The position numbers and the translations under genes are program-made. From Octopus vulgaris (lineage: Eukaryota), in assembly GCA_951406725.2 (NCBI GenBank), contig OX597817.1:31806001-31870000 (forward strand): a DNA stretch of 64,000 bases, given 5' to 3'. Within the stretch, counting starts at the first letter, position 1; the number at the start of each line of letters is the position of its first letter. Positions 43,495 through 57,783 of the stretch are shown here, piece by piece. The notes below the pieces were generated by a model. That model saw only the letters and a list, made by a program, of their open reading frames with translations, ran no database searches and was not told where the DNA came from.

Positions 43495-44097
<603 letters not shown>

Positions 44098-44437
44098 AAT
44101 GTGTGTGCGTGTGTACGTGTGTGTGTGTACATATGCATATATGTATCTTGTGTACATACATACACACACACATACACATGAAATCACCAATACGATGTAT
44201 GAGTTCATAGATATATGTACTAGAAATAATTTTTTGACTCACTGTAAAAGAATTATCGTCGGCTATATAAGTGCTGACAAAGATACCAGCTAGAATTAAT
44301 ATAGCGTTTCTTCGGTTGGTGAACATGTGATCTCTAATTTCAAACAATATGTTGTCATGAAAGAATGTGTTGCATATTACGTATTGACATTTTTTTTTTC
44401 TCTGTAGCAGTGGAATATCTCACATGGTACTGAGACG

Positions 44438-44557
<120 letters not shown>

Positions 44558-44800
44558 CAAATGTAAAGTGCAACACTAATGGAACTTTGACGCCCGTTTA
44601 GGCATTTAACCATCATCACAATGCCTGTTTGAAAAAGGAGGTGAACGAAATGAGATACATTGATATTAATGTGGCATACGAGCATATCGGTTAAACACAC
44701 TTGTATCCCGCCATCAAAATATATATATATATATGTATGTATGTATGTATACATATACATAGAAAAACATACTTACACACACATATATACACACACATAT

Positions 44801-44835
<35 letters not shown>

Positions 44836-45172
44836 ATAAAAATAAAAATAAATAAATTAATTAATTAATTAATTAATAAATAAATAAAATAATATATAAA
44901 TATAAAAATATACATACATACATATATATATATATTTGTAAATATATATAAAATTTATAAGTTTAAATTATTTAAATATTTTTTTTATTTTTAACTTTTA
45001 TATTTTAAATGTATTGGCTTTTATATTTTGTATATTGGCTAATGTTTTTCACTGTTTGATTTGCCTAATAGTGGTTTTATCTCTAATTTAATATATAATA
45101 TAATATATTTATACTATAAAATTGGATTTAATCCTAAATCTCATTTTTCCCTGTAAGTTTGGATTTATTTCC

Positions 45173-45227
<55 letters not shown>

Positions 45228-45660
45228 GTACTATGCACACATATATATATATACATTGATATGTGTGAATATTTTCGTTTCTTTTATGTAAATTACCTCG
45301 GCCATGAATGTGTTCTGTTCGTTTGTGTATATGTCTAATTGTTTTATCTGCTAAAGGTAAAGTTGAAAGATTGCTGTTTTGATGACACCAATCGAAGCAA
45401 AAACACATGTCCGCAGCTGACCTCTCGTCTTCGGACAATCAAACTGTCCTCAATGGTATGTCAATTATTGAGAATTCTTGATTTTTAAGATTATCTTCCC
45501 TAGTCATTTGGATTCGGTATAATCCTCACTAAACCATTGGTCTCCTCGCTGCGGAAGCAAATGTACTTTCAATAAACTACCTATTTATCTTATATATCAT
45601 TGTAAATATCCACATTAAACTCAACTGAAGAAAAAATTGAGTATAAGTGCAGCAGTCTAA

Positions 45661-45896
45661 TACCTATTTCTTCACTACCCACAAGGGGCTAAACACAAAG
45701 AGGACAAACAAGGACAGACAAACGGATTAAGTCGATAATATCCACCCCAGTGTGTAACTGTAACTTATTTAATCGACCCCGAAAGGATGAAAGGCAAAGT
45801 TGACCTTGGCGGAATTTGAACACAGGTAGTAACGGCAGACGAAATACCGCTAAGCATTGCGCCCGACGTGCTAACGTTTCTGCCAGCTCGCCGCCT
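45661..45896 (-). mobile_element. SINE family B (tail A, ending in the AAATAGGTA junction sequence)
   Basis: Homology to 19084-19315. Confidence 0.85.
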
Positions 45897-46439
45897 AATA
45901 CTCGCAGTCTAGTACTGCTGTTGCTCTTTCTTCCACCAACTGTCACACCCTTGATCGTCCGTTGGATTCAGGTTGAAGATCAAAAAGATCTGTATTTCCT
46001 CGCAGCTACATGGGCATCATAAACAGTTAGTGAAAGCATAGTATACACTACCAAGTTATACTCACTTGCGAGTAACGATCTAATTGAGTGTTATTTCAGT
46101 CACCAAACTGGTCAACACTGTATAGTGACGAAGATTTCACTCTTCCTATTAAAACTTATTTCCAGCTACTGCCACAGCCTAACCTTCCATTACCTGCTGC
46201 CTTGACATTGTACTAATTGAGGGTTTTGGTCAGTGGTTATAAGATTTTGCTGTGAAAATTTATGTGCAATGAATTGGCTTTACTTCTATAGTATGTGTGT
46301 GTGTGTGTGTACGTATTGTGAGACAGGGAGAATTATTATTCAAATGAGTATTTTGTTAGTGGGAAACAGTGAATATATTTACAATCAGTCAGTTTTACGG
46401 GAACAGCTCATCTGCAGAACTGATCGGAGATACACATTT

Positions 46440-46648
46440 CTTTTATTTCTTTTACTTGTTTCAGTCATTTGACTGCGTCCATGCTGGAGCACCGCCTTTA
46501 GTCGAACAAATCGATCCCAAGACTTATTCTTTGTAAGCCTAGTACTTATTCTATCGGTCTCTTTTGCCGAACCGCTATGTTACGGTGCTATAAACATGCC
46601 AACATCGGTTGTCAAGCGATGGTGAGCGACAAGCACAGACACACAAAT

Positions 46649-46683
<35 letters not shown>

Positions 46684-46860
46684 CATATATATATACATAT
46701 ATACGACGGGCTTCTTTCAGTTTCCGTCTACCAAATCCACTCACAAAGCTTTGGTTGGCCCATGGCTATAGAAAACAGTTGCCCAAGGTCCCATGCAGTG
46801 GTACTGAACCAGGAACCATGTGGTTGGGAAGCAAGCTTCTTACCACACGGCCACTCCTGC
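46440..46860 (-). mobile_element. SINE family A copy
   Basis: Homology to family A. Confidence 0.85.
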
Positions 46861-46877
46861 TATAAATATACACTCTA

Positions 46878-47137
46878 TTGTTCTTGAGCCAGACACTTTA
46901 TTTCACGTTGCTTCAGTTCACTCAGCCGTAGAAATGAGTTGCAACGACACTGCTGCCAAGCTGTATCGGCCTTTGCCTTTCTCTTGGATAACATCGGTGA
47001 TGTGGCGCGGAGAGGCTGGTATGCATGGGCGACTGCTGTCCTTCCATAAACAACCTTGCCCGGACTTATGCCTCAGAGGAGAACTATCTTGGTGCAATCC
47101 CATGGTCATTCATGACCGAAGCGGGTCTTTGCCCTTA
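46878..47137 (+). mobile_element. SINE family C (tail 1), lacking head
   Basis: Homology to 6018-6280. Confidence 0.85.
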
Positions 47138-47280
47138 AACATACATACATACATATGCACATAGATATATAGATATATATATAACGGAAATGTTTACGAA
47201 AATAAACAAAAGACGAAGGCAGGTGGAGTACAAACAAACAAATGTATTAGTATGGCGCTCAGGAATAGAAATGGAACAAG

Positions 47281-47318
47281 TCTTTTACGTTTCGAGCCTA
47301 CGCTCTTCGACAGAAAGA
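47281..47318 (-). ncRNA. Minimal hammerhead-like motif in a Penelope-type remnant (47180-47395)
   Basis: TCTTT-CTGTCGA-A-GAGC-GTAG-GCTC-GAAA-CG-TA-AAAGA; all three stems present, core A6U. Confidence 0.65.
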
Positions 47319-47394
47319 TACACAGAAAAGAAACAAGGAGAGAAAAAAATGCGTGTAGGAGCTAACGGTCTATCATGATAATTATCTATACACT

Positions 47395-48305
47395 GATTAT
47401 AAAAATCCTTTTGATGCTTGTAAAAGTTCTCTGCCCACTGATAATCTTTTCTGTTCCTAAGCGGCAAACTTTCTGGAGAAGTTCTACAGGACATTCTACT
47501 CCGATCTCTTTCAAATCATTTGTCTATATCATTATCCACAGTTCCTAATACACGAATAATTACAGGCAAAATCTTTATAGTTTTCACACGCCAAATTCTC
47601 GCAGTTTCAAATTTTAAGGGATTGTTTCTTTTATTTTATTTTCTTCTTTTCATTTTTAATTTTTCATCTTTTTTGTTTACAATCCTGGAATCAGACGGCC
47701 ATGATGAATCAAGTAGTAAGCAACTTCCATTTTCTTTGTCTGTTGTTATTATATTTGGTTTATTATTCTTATTCTTATTAAGGCGGCAAGCTGGCAGAAT
47801 CGTTAGTACGCCGGAAAAAATGCCTAGCGGCATTTCTTCTGATTTTACAGTCTGAGTTCAAATTCCGAGTTTACCTTTCATCCTTTCAGGTTCGATAAAA
47901 TAAATAACATTTGAGCCCTGGAGATGATGTAATCGACTTGCACCTTCTCTAACAATCGCTGGTCATGTGCCAAAATTCGAAACCATTATTTTTTATTGAA
48001 GATTTGATTCAGGTTCGTTCTTGTTCCTGGTAGAATTTCTATGAGTAACGGGTTACTGCCTGTAACCTTAGATATCCACAAGCTTTCAATAGTCTTTCAA
48101 GTGCTTAAAACCTTCCTGATAATCTTTCCTATCCCTAAGGGGCAAACTTTCTGTAGAATCTCCACAGGACATTCTATTCTAATCTCCTTCAACCATTTGT
48201 CGATATCTTTACTCACAGTTCTCAATGCACCAATTATTACAGGAACAGCCATTACAGTTTTCATACTTTAAATTCTTGCAATTTCAAATTTTAAGGGATT
48301 ACGTT
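47395..48305 (-). mobile_element. Two decayed R4-type endonuclease C-terminal fragments (47395-47700, 48040-48305) around a SINE B copy (47781-47985, plus)
   Basis: PLKFEIARI*SMKTVMAVPVIIGAL and ILQKVCPLGIGKIIRKVL-like translation; mutual homology. Confidence 0.65.
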
Positions 48306-48369
48306 TATTAATTAGTAACTATTAATCAATTAGTAATCAACTCCGCGTTTCCTTGACCATTATTGTTAT

Positions 48370-48600
48370 TCTTTATTCTTTTATTCTTTTATTCTTTTAC
48401 TTGTTTCAGTCATTTGACTGCAGCCATGCTGGAGCACCGCCTTTAGTCGAGCAAATCGACCCCGGGACTTATTCTTTGTAAGCTCAGTACTTATTCTATC
48501 GGTCTCTTTTGCCGAACCGCTTAGTGACGGGGACGTAAACACACCAGCATCGGTTGTCAAGCAATGTTAGGGGGACAAACACAGACACACAAACACACAC

Positions 48601-48644
<44 letters not shown>

Positions 48645-48804
48645 GACAGGCTTCTTTCAGTTTCCGTCTACCGAATCCACTCACAAGGCATTGGTCGGCC
48701 CGGGGCTATAGCAGAAGACACTTGCCCAAGATGCCACGCAGTGGGACTGAACCTGGAACCATGTGGTTGTTTAGCAAGCTACTTACCACACAGCCACTCC
48801 TGCG
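48370..48804 (-). mobile_element. SINE family A, full-length
   Basis: Homology to family A. Confidence 0.9.
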
Positions 48805-49611
48805 TTATGTCTGGCTTACTATTTTTTTAGCTTATTATCCGCTTGAATAGGAAAATCTCATAAAATTTTGCATTCTTTCGACTACAGCGCTATTTTGACC
48901 TGATGGTCATACCATATACCTCAGCTTTAAATTCCCATTTCTGACAAACCTTCCAATGTAAGGCTTTCAAAACTTGTTCATGCTTCCATTTCTTATATTT
49001 TCCCTAGGCCAACTTGGGACATTCTGCAACAACGTGTGCCACCGCCTCATTCCAAATTCCATACACTCTACACATTTCCGACACCTTCCCATACGGACGA
49101 AATGCCGCTAGGCATTTTAACCGGTGAGCTAACAATTCTACAAGTTCGCCTTAGTTCTGGTTTATAATATTGGTTTCACAAGGCCAGTTAGTTCGGGATA
49201 GTGAATACGCCGATTACATCGGCCCAAGTGCTCATTTCTACTTATTTCATGACCCGTAAAGGATGAACTCATAATGTAAAGACAGGCGAAATGCTGCCAA
49301 GTACTTTACTCGGCGTGCGAATGGTTCTGCCAGCTTGCCACCTTAATTCTTGCTTGTAATATTGACTTATTTGCCATAAATTCTGAATTACTATCTTGGT
49401 TATATTTTATGAGAGTTTCTTTAGTCTATAAACAACCTTAGGGGATCGACGTTTTGTATATTAATTAACACTTGAGTGAAAATATTTTAGCACCTGGTAG
49501 GAATTAAAACTGAATCGCAGACTCAGTTTCCCACGAACTCGTATATTTGCATAACTCCCAAGTTGTTGCGTGAGTGGCACAATCAGTTATATTTAACAAA
49601 CTTTCTGCCAG

Positions 49612-49756
49612 GGCGCAGGCATAACAGTGTAGTAAGAAGCTTGCTTCCCAACCACATAGTTTTGGGTTCAGTCCCACTGTGTGGCACCTTGGCAAGTGTC
49701 TTCTATTATAGCCTCGAGCCGACCAAAGCCTTTGTGAGTGGATTTGGTAGACGGAA
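49612..49756 (+). mobile_element. SINE family A, 5' half
   Basis: GGCGCAGGC...GGTTCAGTCCCACTG...GGTAGACGGAA, then microsatellite. Confidence 0.8.
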
Positions 49757-49822
49757 TATATAAATATATATATATATGTGTGTGTGTGTATGTGTGTGTG
49801 TGTGTGTGAGTGTGTGTGTGTG

Positions 49823-49870
<48 letters not shown>

Positions 49871-50309
49871 GAAAGTTGAAGAGGAACACACGAGTTGATA
49901 TATATGGAAAAAAAGTCAAAGTAGAATATGCTGAAATAGTTTTATAAAGAAATATTTCAGTACCGGTTTCAGCCATTGAGACTTTTTCAACAGTAAGTAT
50001 GGAAAACAATTAAATTTTGGAAAAGTTAAAAGAAAAGTTTTTTAAAAGAATATTTGCATAGTATTTGCATAGTATTCACATACAAATACTTCCTGAGTTC
50101 ATGTTTCGTCAGCGAGCGTGAATTTCCTCTATCCGGAGTTAATAACATGAGTACCAGTAATACAACCAGGTTCCCAATCATTAGATTATCATTTTGTGGC
50201 TTTTCTTTTCCGTGTTAGAAAAATCGAATGCTGCACCTTTTAGTTTCTCCTTATCATATTCTTCTGTTTCAAGCGTTTCATACTTTCTGCTTTCGTTCAA
50301 CTTTCTGGC

Positions 50310-51600
50310 ATTATGTAAACTGAGATCAGATAAAACTCCTGGATTGGATGGTATTCCAGTTGAAATTCTGAAATCAGGTAGGGATCATATTTAATCTGAA
50401 ATTCATAGCCTGATAACTCGAGTTTGGAATGAATATTCTGTGCCAAAAGAATGAATAAATGTCATTCTAGTCTCTGTATGCAAGGGTAAGGGCCCGAAAG
50501 CGGTGTGTGGTAATTCTAGAGGGACAACTCTTCTGGCACGTACCGAGAAGATACTTTCATGGATCATGTTAGATCGTCTTGCTGAGAATGTGTGTCCACA
50601 TGTGATTTCTGAAGAAGTGTAGTTTCGGACCTGAGTAAGGAACAATGGACATGATATTTTCTGCGAGGCAGATTCAAGAGAAATGGTTAGAGGAATAAAT
50701 GCTACTCTACCAGCTCTTCATAGATTTAACTAAGGAAATGACAGAGTAAACAGGGAGGTATTGTGGATTGTTTTGTATAAACTTGGTTATCCAACACATT
50801 TTGTGAGCATCTTTTAGAAACTACACAGAAACATGAAAGCTCAGGTAGTCTTTAATGGTGAGCTATCTCATGAATTTTCGTTGGATAACGGTGTCAAAGA
50901 GGGAAATATTCCTGTCCCTACACTTTTCTCTATTTATTTTGCTGCATTACTTTGGTGTGTGTTCAAGGATTGCGACAGGAGAATCGGAATCAAATTTCGG
51001 ACATCTAGTCGCATTTTTAATTTGACCCGGTTAAGATGCAAAGCAAAGACTCAAAATACTTGTTCGAAAATTACTGTATGCTGATGATGGTGATTTGTCG
51101 GCACACTCAGAGGGAGATATGCAACATTTAATGGAAAGATTTTCCACTGCATGTTTACATTTCGGACTCACAATTACTTTGGGTAAAACCAAAGTAATGT
51201 TTACTCCCGTGCCAGGACAAATATATTCTGAACCAAACATTTTTTGTGAATGGAACAAGGTTAGAAGTCGTTGACACCTTTGCTTACCTTGGAAGCACAC
51301 TGTCAAGAGATGGTAGTCTTGATGAAGAGATATACTATCGAATAGAGAAGGGAAGAGTGCTGAATTTGGAAAGCTAGAAAAGCGAGTTTGGGCGGATAGA
51401 GGTATTTCCCTGCAGACAAAAATCAGTGTCTATAAAACGTGTGTATTGTCGGCACTTCTTTATTCAAGTGAGAGGTGGACCACTTACAAACGTCACATAA
51501 AAATACTCGAGAGATTTCATCAAAAGTGCCTCAGGCATATCTTAGGAGTCAAGTGGGAATGTTTCAAACCAGATTCGGAGGTTTTGCGCATGTCAATCAG
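50310..51600 (+). pseudogene. RTE/BovB-clade LINE reverse transcriptase, decayed
   Basis: KTPGLDGIPVEILK, DMIFSARQIQEK, LFIDLTK, NGVKEGNIPVPTLFSIYF, FNLTRLR, LLYADD, FGLTITLGKTKVM; many stops and frameshifts. Confidence 0.92.
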
Positions 51601-51736
51601 CAGCTGGTCTTAAAAGTCATCTAAGGGTTCATCAACGGAGTGATTGTATGGTGTGATGGGCTGTGGTATGTGTATTGATTGGACGGCTGTCATCTCTCAA
51701 GATGAAGCAATCATCATCATCATATATATATATATA

Positions 51737-51894
51737 TGACGGGCTTCTTTCAGTTTCCGTCTACCAAATCCACTCACAAAGCTTTGGTCGGCTCGAAGCT
51801 ATAGTAGAAGACACTTGCCCAAGATGCCACGCAGTGGGACTGAACCCGGAACCATCTGGCTGGTAAGCAAGCTACTTACCATACAGCCACTCCT
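51737..51894 (-). mobile_element. SINE family A, 5' half
   Basis: Homology to family A. Confidence 0.8.
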
Positions 51895-52587
51895 GTTTCT
51901 AGCAAGCTACTTATTTAATACTTTTTGCTTTTGTTGTTGTTATTGTTATTGTTGTTTGTGTTTTTTATTTTTATTTTTTGTTTTCAATATTTCCGTCTCT
52001 TCTTTCCTTGTTCCATTCTGATTCAGTTACTTCTCTGTAATTCATCATTGCTCCCCCCTACGACCACTATTACTCCAACAACCACCAACCAGCACCACCA
52101 CCCTTACCCCAAGAAACACTATCACCATCTCCACCACCATCACAACCACTACAACAATTGTCATCAAAACCACAATTGTCATCAAAACCACTACTACCAA
52201 CCCATTTAATCACTAGAATCGACATCATCTCCATTACAACCACAACCGCCATTGGTACTTTTTGGTTATCTTACCCCCATTAAAAAATTGGGTTACCCCC
52301 ATTAAAAAATATCGGTAAACATGAACACTAAAAAAAAAAAAAAGAAATGAACATGAAAATTAAAAAAAAAATTAAACATCTTATTGAATCTGATAACATT
52401 TTTATAACAAATTATACTGAGGAGGTCAAACGGCACCAATGAGTTGAAGTATTGAACCATAAGGATCTAACCCTTTTAATCCAATCGTTTGTAGCCACAT
52501 TACTTCGATTTTTTTAGTGGGGAGGTAACCCACTTTTTTAATGGCAATCTGTACGTGTTTATGTTTTTAATATTACGCTTAGTAGCA

Positions 52588-52790
52588 AGGTGGTGAGCTG
52601 GTAGAATCGTTATCGCACTGAGTGAATTACTTAGTGATATTTTGGTCCACCTGAATGTTCTGAGTTCAAATTCCGTTGAGGTCAACTATGCTTTTTCATC
52701 CTTTCGGGTTCGCTAAAATAATTATCACTGGAATCGATGTGCCCGAGTTAACCTTTGCCCCGAAATTTCAGGCCTTGTTATAAAATTTTT
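52588..52790 (+). mobile_element. Diverged SINE family B
   Basis: GGTGGTGAGCTGGTAGAATCG...CATCCTTTCGGGTTCG. Confidence 0.7.
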
Positions 52791-53039
52791 GAATCAATAT
52801 TACATTTAATAGTATATTTTTAATATGATAATATCATTTCATTTGGACATGCTTTGCCTTTACTCCTGAAGATTTCTTAAATTTTCTTGAAAAAAATTTG
52901 TTTATTGTTGAAACTTTTTTTTTTTTTAATTTTATACGCTGGGTGAAGGTGGGGACATAATATTTATTTGCTTTCTGTAATATTTATTTGCTACGAGGAA
53001 GTAGCGAGAAAATCTTATTATGCTACAACCCGTATACTA

Positions 53040-53780
53040 CCACCTATTACGGTCATTTCCAGAAATCTCCTGACAGTGCGGCTGCAGGAACAATGCTTTT
53101 CGGGATAAGCTCCCTGAGATGCGCGCCAAACGAGGAAATCGTTCCACATGCGCGTCTATTGTGCTCGGGCATTACTGACATGTGAATTTAGGTTGAATAG
53201 CTACTTTCACATGTTGGATGGATCTGGCTATCGGCTGACCCATTGAAAAGACTGCTCCGCAGTTTTCCTTTGACTCAGAAGGACAGACAATTGTTCTCTT
53301 TCTGGTGGCTATGGTGAAATAGGTTAAGGTCTGAACGCGACTGAAAGGACCGAAGACAGATACTTTCCTTTTCAGCCAAAATTCCGTCAACTTTTTAAAA
53401 TTCCATTTGGAAAGGAAAGAAGGCGGAAGTTGAGATGGATGTACTTTCCTCCAGTAAATTTGTTGAAAGGTGGGTGAATGCGTTGAAGATGGGTTGACTG
53501 AGAAGGCCTATCCTAAGCTGCTGCGTGTAAACTGAGGAGTATGGAAAACTGAGGAGCACTTGCCATGGTACTGTTGGTGCTAAGAGTGGCTCAGGATCAG
53601 TGAGATTCTTTGGTTGCCTCTGGGTAGAGCTGCTCTCCCCTATTGAGGAATTTTGTTGTTAGAATTCTTTTGTTAATTGTAATTGTCTTTATTTTTAACT
53701 CATAATTATGTAATCCCCACTATTCTTTGTCCTTGTATTATCCTAAATGATCTTTGTGATCTTTGTGACAAATAAAGAAA
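53040..53780 (+). mobile_element. L1/Tx1-like LINE 3' end (ORF2 C-terminus and 3' UTR), decayed
   Basis: LRCAPNEEIVPHARLLC (zinc-finger remnant), LFLVAMVK..TRLKG, FLKFHLERK, KFVERWVN; AATAAA plus A-rich end near 53771. Confidence 0.55.
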
Positions 53781-53802
53781 ACGCCTTTGTTATTACTATT
53801 AT

Positions 53803-54470
53803 TGAGTGAGAGAGCAGTACACACCATCAAAGTGACATTGGGGTACAAATATACGAAGACCAATATACCTATCATCACTACTCGTCTGATAAGGGTACAC
53901 CAGGTACATGCATCGCAACCATATATGCGTTACATGGGGATCTCATATCAAGATAAGCAGTGCAGGACCTTGCATGGGGGAGGGGGCAGTTAGAATTTTC
54001 TTCAGGCCGTGTAGCCCATCATACTCAAAGGTGGGTGAATGCGTATCCTAAACGTATCCTAAGCTGGGGAGAATGGAAAACAGGAGCACTTGCCATGGTA
54101 CTGCTGGTGCGTAGAGTGGCTCGGGATCCGTGAAGTTCTTTGGTTGCCTCTGGTTAAGGGTCATTTAAGTATGAAGAACGAAACACATGTTTCTAGAGGA
54201 GAATTATCCAAACCCCAAAGAATTCCTCTCAAAACATGGCTATGATGCTCCCCCACTACTTCTGCTTGTGATCAGAGGGGCACATGTCGTCAGCCACCAA
54301 AGGACATGCTCAACTGGTTAAGGACAAGCAACTGAAAAGCAAATCTGCAGTATTGAGTAGAAAATTTTTGTATCCTACTTTTTACACCAAAACAACATAT
54401 GTACATGATAACACTTCCAATCTGTTAAGATCAGAAGACATAAGAGCGACTGCCTGGTATTGCTTCAGGG
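53803..54470. mobile_element. Unclassified ~550-bp element, copy 2 (older, with ~120-bp insertion)
   Basis: Homology to 41625-42176; short ATT-type tract on the left. Confidence 0.82.
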
Positions 54471-54554
54471 TATATCAGGTGCTTCATCAGGATTATTTTT
54501 ACTATTCATTTTATTGCCATCACCACCACCCCCATCATCATCATCATTTTATCC

Positions 54555-54855
54555 TACCGTTACGGCTTTATGTTCTGAGTTCAAATTCCGCCGAGGTCGA
54601 CTTTGCCTTTCATCTTTTCGGCATCTATAAAATAAGTATTAGTTGATCACTGGGGTTGGGCAGAACCGTTAGCACGCTGGACGAAATGCTTAGCGGTATT
54701 TCATCTGCTCTTAAGTTTTGAGTTCGAATTCCTCCGAGGTCGACTTTGCCTTACGGGCTCGACAAAATTAGTACTAGTTACATACTAGTTTCGATCTAAT
54801 CGACTTATTCTCTTTCCTCCAAAATTTGAGGTCGTATGCTTCCAGTAGATAGAAT
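54555..54855 (+). mobile_element. Two diverged SINE family B pieces
   Basis: GTTCTGAGTTCAAATTCCGCCGAGGTCGACTTTGCC-like sequence twice. Confidence 0.7.
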
Positions 54856-54960
54856 TTATTAAAGTTGAAAAAGTGTGACACTGACATTCACATTTATTAT
54901 ATTAGATATGTTTAATTTTGGGGAAACTTTATTTCAGTTAAAGTGCATTTTATATATGTG

Positions 54961-55016
<56 letters not shown>

Positions 55017-55039
55017 AGTGTGTATAAAGATATATAAAA

Positions 55040-55135
<96 letters not shown>

Positions 55136-55452
55136 ATTAAAGAAAGCAAAAAATGAGTGTTCAGTATGTTAGCGATAGGAATTTCTGTCAAAGAGACATC
55201 GTTAAGCGTAGTTGTACATCATCTCCCTCTTTCTTTCACATACCTTCTCTTTCTCTTTCTTTTTCTTTCTCTCTGTCTGTCTTCGCCACCGCCCTCACCG
55301 TCTCTATGCCTACTATTACTCTCACCCTATCATGAGGAATAGTAGGAAGGTCATTGAATAGTGATAGAGTGCGGGATCTAAGTGTGACACATTGACACAC
55401 AGAAATTAGTATTCGCATTTATTATACTAGATTATTATTATTATTATTATTC

Positions 55453-57783
55453 TATGTTTGACTTTTGCTTTATGTCTGTACAAGTTGGCTCCAAGTCTCA
55501 CCCAGAGACCTCAAGAGACAACAGGTTAGGAAGTTCTGTGCCATATATTTGGGTTTTTTTTTTTTTGGTGTTGTACTAGTGAATGTCTAATACATAAAAA
55601 TAAAAAATAAACAAATAAAAAAAATATAAAAAATAAAAAAAAATAAAGTAAAAAAGAAGTTTGTTTTAAACCTTGGGATTACATAGAGAGTATTTTGCGT
55701 AGGATATGAGCAGTTCCCATGAGCACTATCTTTTGAATTTCTGCCATTTTGGGGTTTCCTGGTATCTGAGTTAGGTAGCAATCAGTCCCTTTCGCTATCA
55801 TTCCCAGGGCACCTATGACAACAGGTATTGTTTCAGTCTTCAGCTTCCACATTTTGCTAATTTCTATTTCAAGATCTTTATATTTGCTCAGTTTTTGGTA
55901 AGTCTTGACAGATACGTTTATATCGATTGGGACAGTCATATCAATGAGGAGGCATGTTCTTTGTCTGAAGTCTTTCAATATGATGTCTGGCCTATTTGCA
56001 TCTATCTTCCTGTCAGTTTGAATGGTGAAGTTCCAGAGAAGTGAGATGTGGTCATTTTCAAGCACAGGAGGTGGATTGTGTTCCCACCAGTTTTTTTCAT
56101 GGGGTAAATCCAGGTTTTTGCAAATTACCCAGTGAATATATTGTGCTGCTCTATCATGCCTACTGAGGTACTCTGTAGGCGCTAGAAGACTGCATTTGGA
56201 GACAACATGGTCAATGGTTTCATTTTGTTGTCGGCATACACGACATGTTGGGCTACTGCCGTTCTTTAATATGTTGGCCTGGTAGTTTCTTGTTGGTAGG
56301 CATTGATCTTGAGCTGCTATGATAAACCCCTCTGTTTCAGATTTTAAGCCAGAGGCCATTAACCATTGATGGGTCAGGGCTTTGTCGATATCTGCATTAT
56401 TCGCTCTCTTTGGGTATTTGCCATAGAGAGGTTTTTCTTGCCATTTATTATTCAGAATATCTAAGGCCGCAGTTTTGGCACGGGTTTTCATGCGCCTAGC
56501 TTTTTCTGTGTTTGTTTCTTGTATGTCTATCTCTAATTCCGAAATTGGTTGTATTCGGAATTCACTTAGATATTCCTTTGCCTGTTTTGTGACTGAGTAT
56601 GATGCTTTCTTGTTTTCATGTTTTGAGACAAGTTTTAACATCCAGTCCTCAGAGTTTTTCAGGTAGGTGTCTAGGCCAATTGTAGCAATCTTCATTGATA
56701 TTGCCAGTTGCAAAAGACCACGGCCTCCCTCTTTTCTTGGCAGATAGAGTCGTTCTGTATCTGCCTTAGGGTGGTGCATTCTATGCATTGTCAACAGTTT
56801 CCTTATTTTTCTGTCGAGCTGACATATTTCAGTAATTGACCAGTTAACAATATTGAAACTGTAAGTCACGACTGGTATGGCTAATGCATTGATCGCTTCG
56901 ATCCTGTTTCTTGCATTCAGCTCTGTCTTGAGTATTGCTCTCACTCTTCGATAGCATTCTCTCCTGATCCTTTCCTTCATCTCTGAATGCCTTATTCCGT
57001 TCCCTTCAATTACCCCTAGGTACTTGTAGCTCTCCGCTGGGTCTAGTTCTTTTATGACATTCTGCTGGTCAAGGTTAACGTTAGATGTTTCTGTCATTTT
57101 TCCTTTGATAAAGGTAGCCTTTGCACATTTATCGAGGCCGAATTGCATTCTGATGTCGTCACTGAATTGTTTGACTATCGCTAGTAAGCCCTTGAGTTGT
57201 TGGTCATTTTTTGCAAAAAGCTTTAAATCATCCATGTAAATGCGATGATTTATATTTTTATCAAACATTTTATACCCGTACTGCGCGTCATTGAGCAGCT
57301 TTGAGAGAGGTATTAAGGATAAACAGAAGAGGAGTGGTGACAGTGAGTCACCCAGGAAAATGCCACATGAAATGTTTACATCACCAGCATTTAGAGATTC
57401 ATTGTCACTGTTCAGAGTTAGTGTGGTTCTCCATGATCTCATACTTACAGACAAAAAGTTTCGCAGAGCAGGTGCTATCTTATACATTTCCAGGCATTTC
57501 ATAATCCAGCTATGTGGTAGGCTATCAAAAGCCTTTTTATAGTCTATCCAGGCTATTGATAAGTTTTTGTGTCGTTTGTGACAATCTTCTAAGATCATCT
57601 TATTGATGAGTAGTTGGTCTTTACAGCCGTAGGATCCACGTTTACATCCTTTCTGTTCATTAGGGAATATGCTGCTGTCTGTTAAAAAACTATAGGTATA
57701 TTCCGTCAGGACAGATGTTAGTGTTTTGTACATAGTTGTTAAGCAGGTTATGGGTCTATAGTTTTTTGGTTCATTTGGTTCAT

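Larger units (their letters stand above)
41360..43500 (-). mobile_element. Penelope-like element, 5'-truncated with inverted pseudo-LTR and several nested insertions
   Basis: GIY-YIG remnant 42591-42997; pLTR on minus strand (42596-42530, then 41437-41360) and inverted pLTR on plus strand (42998-43500). Confidence 0.85.
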
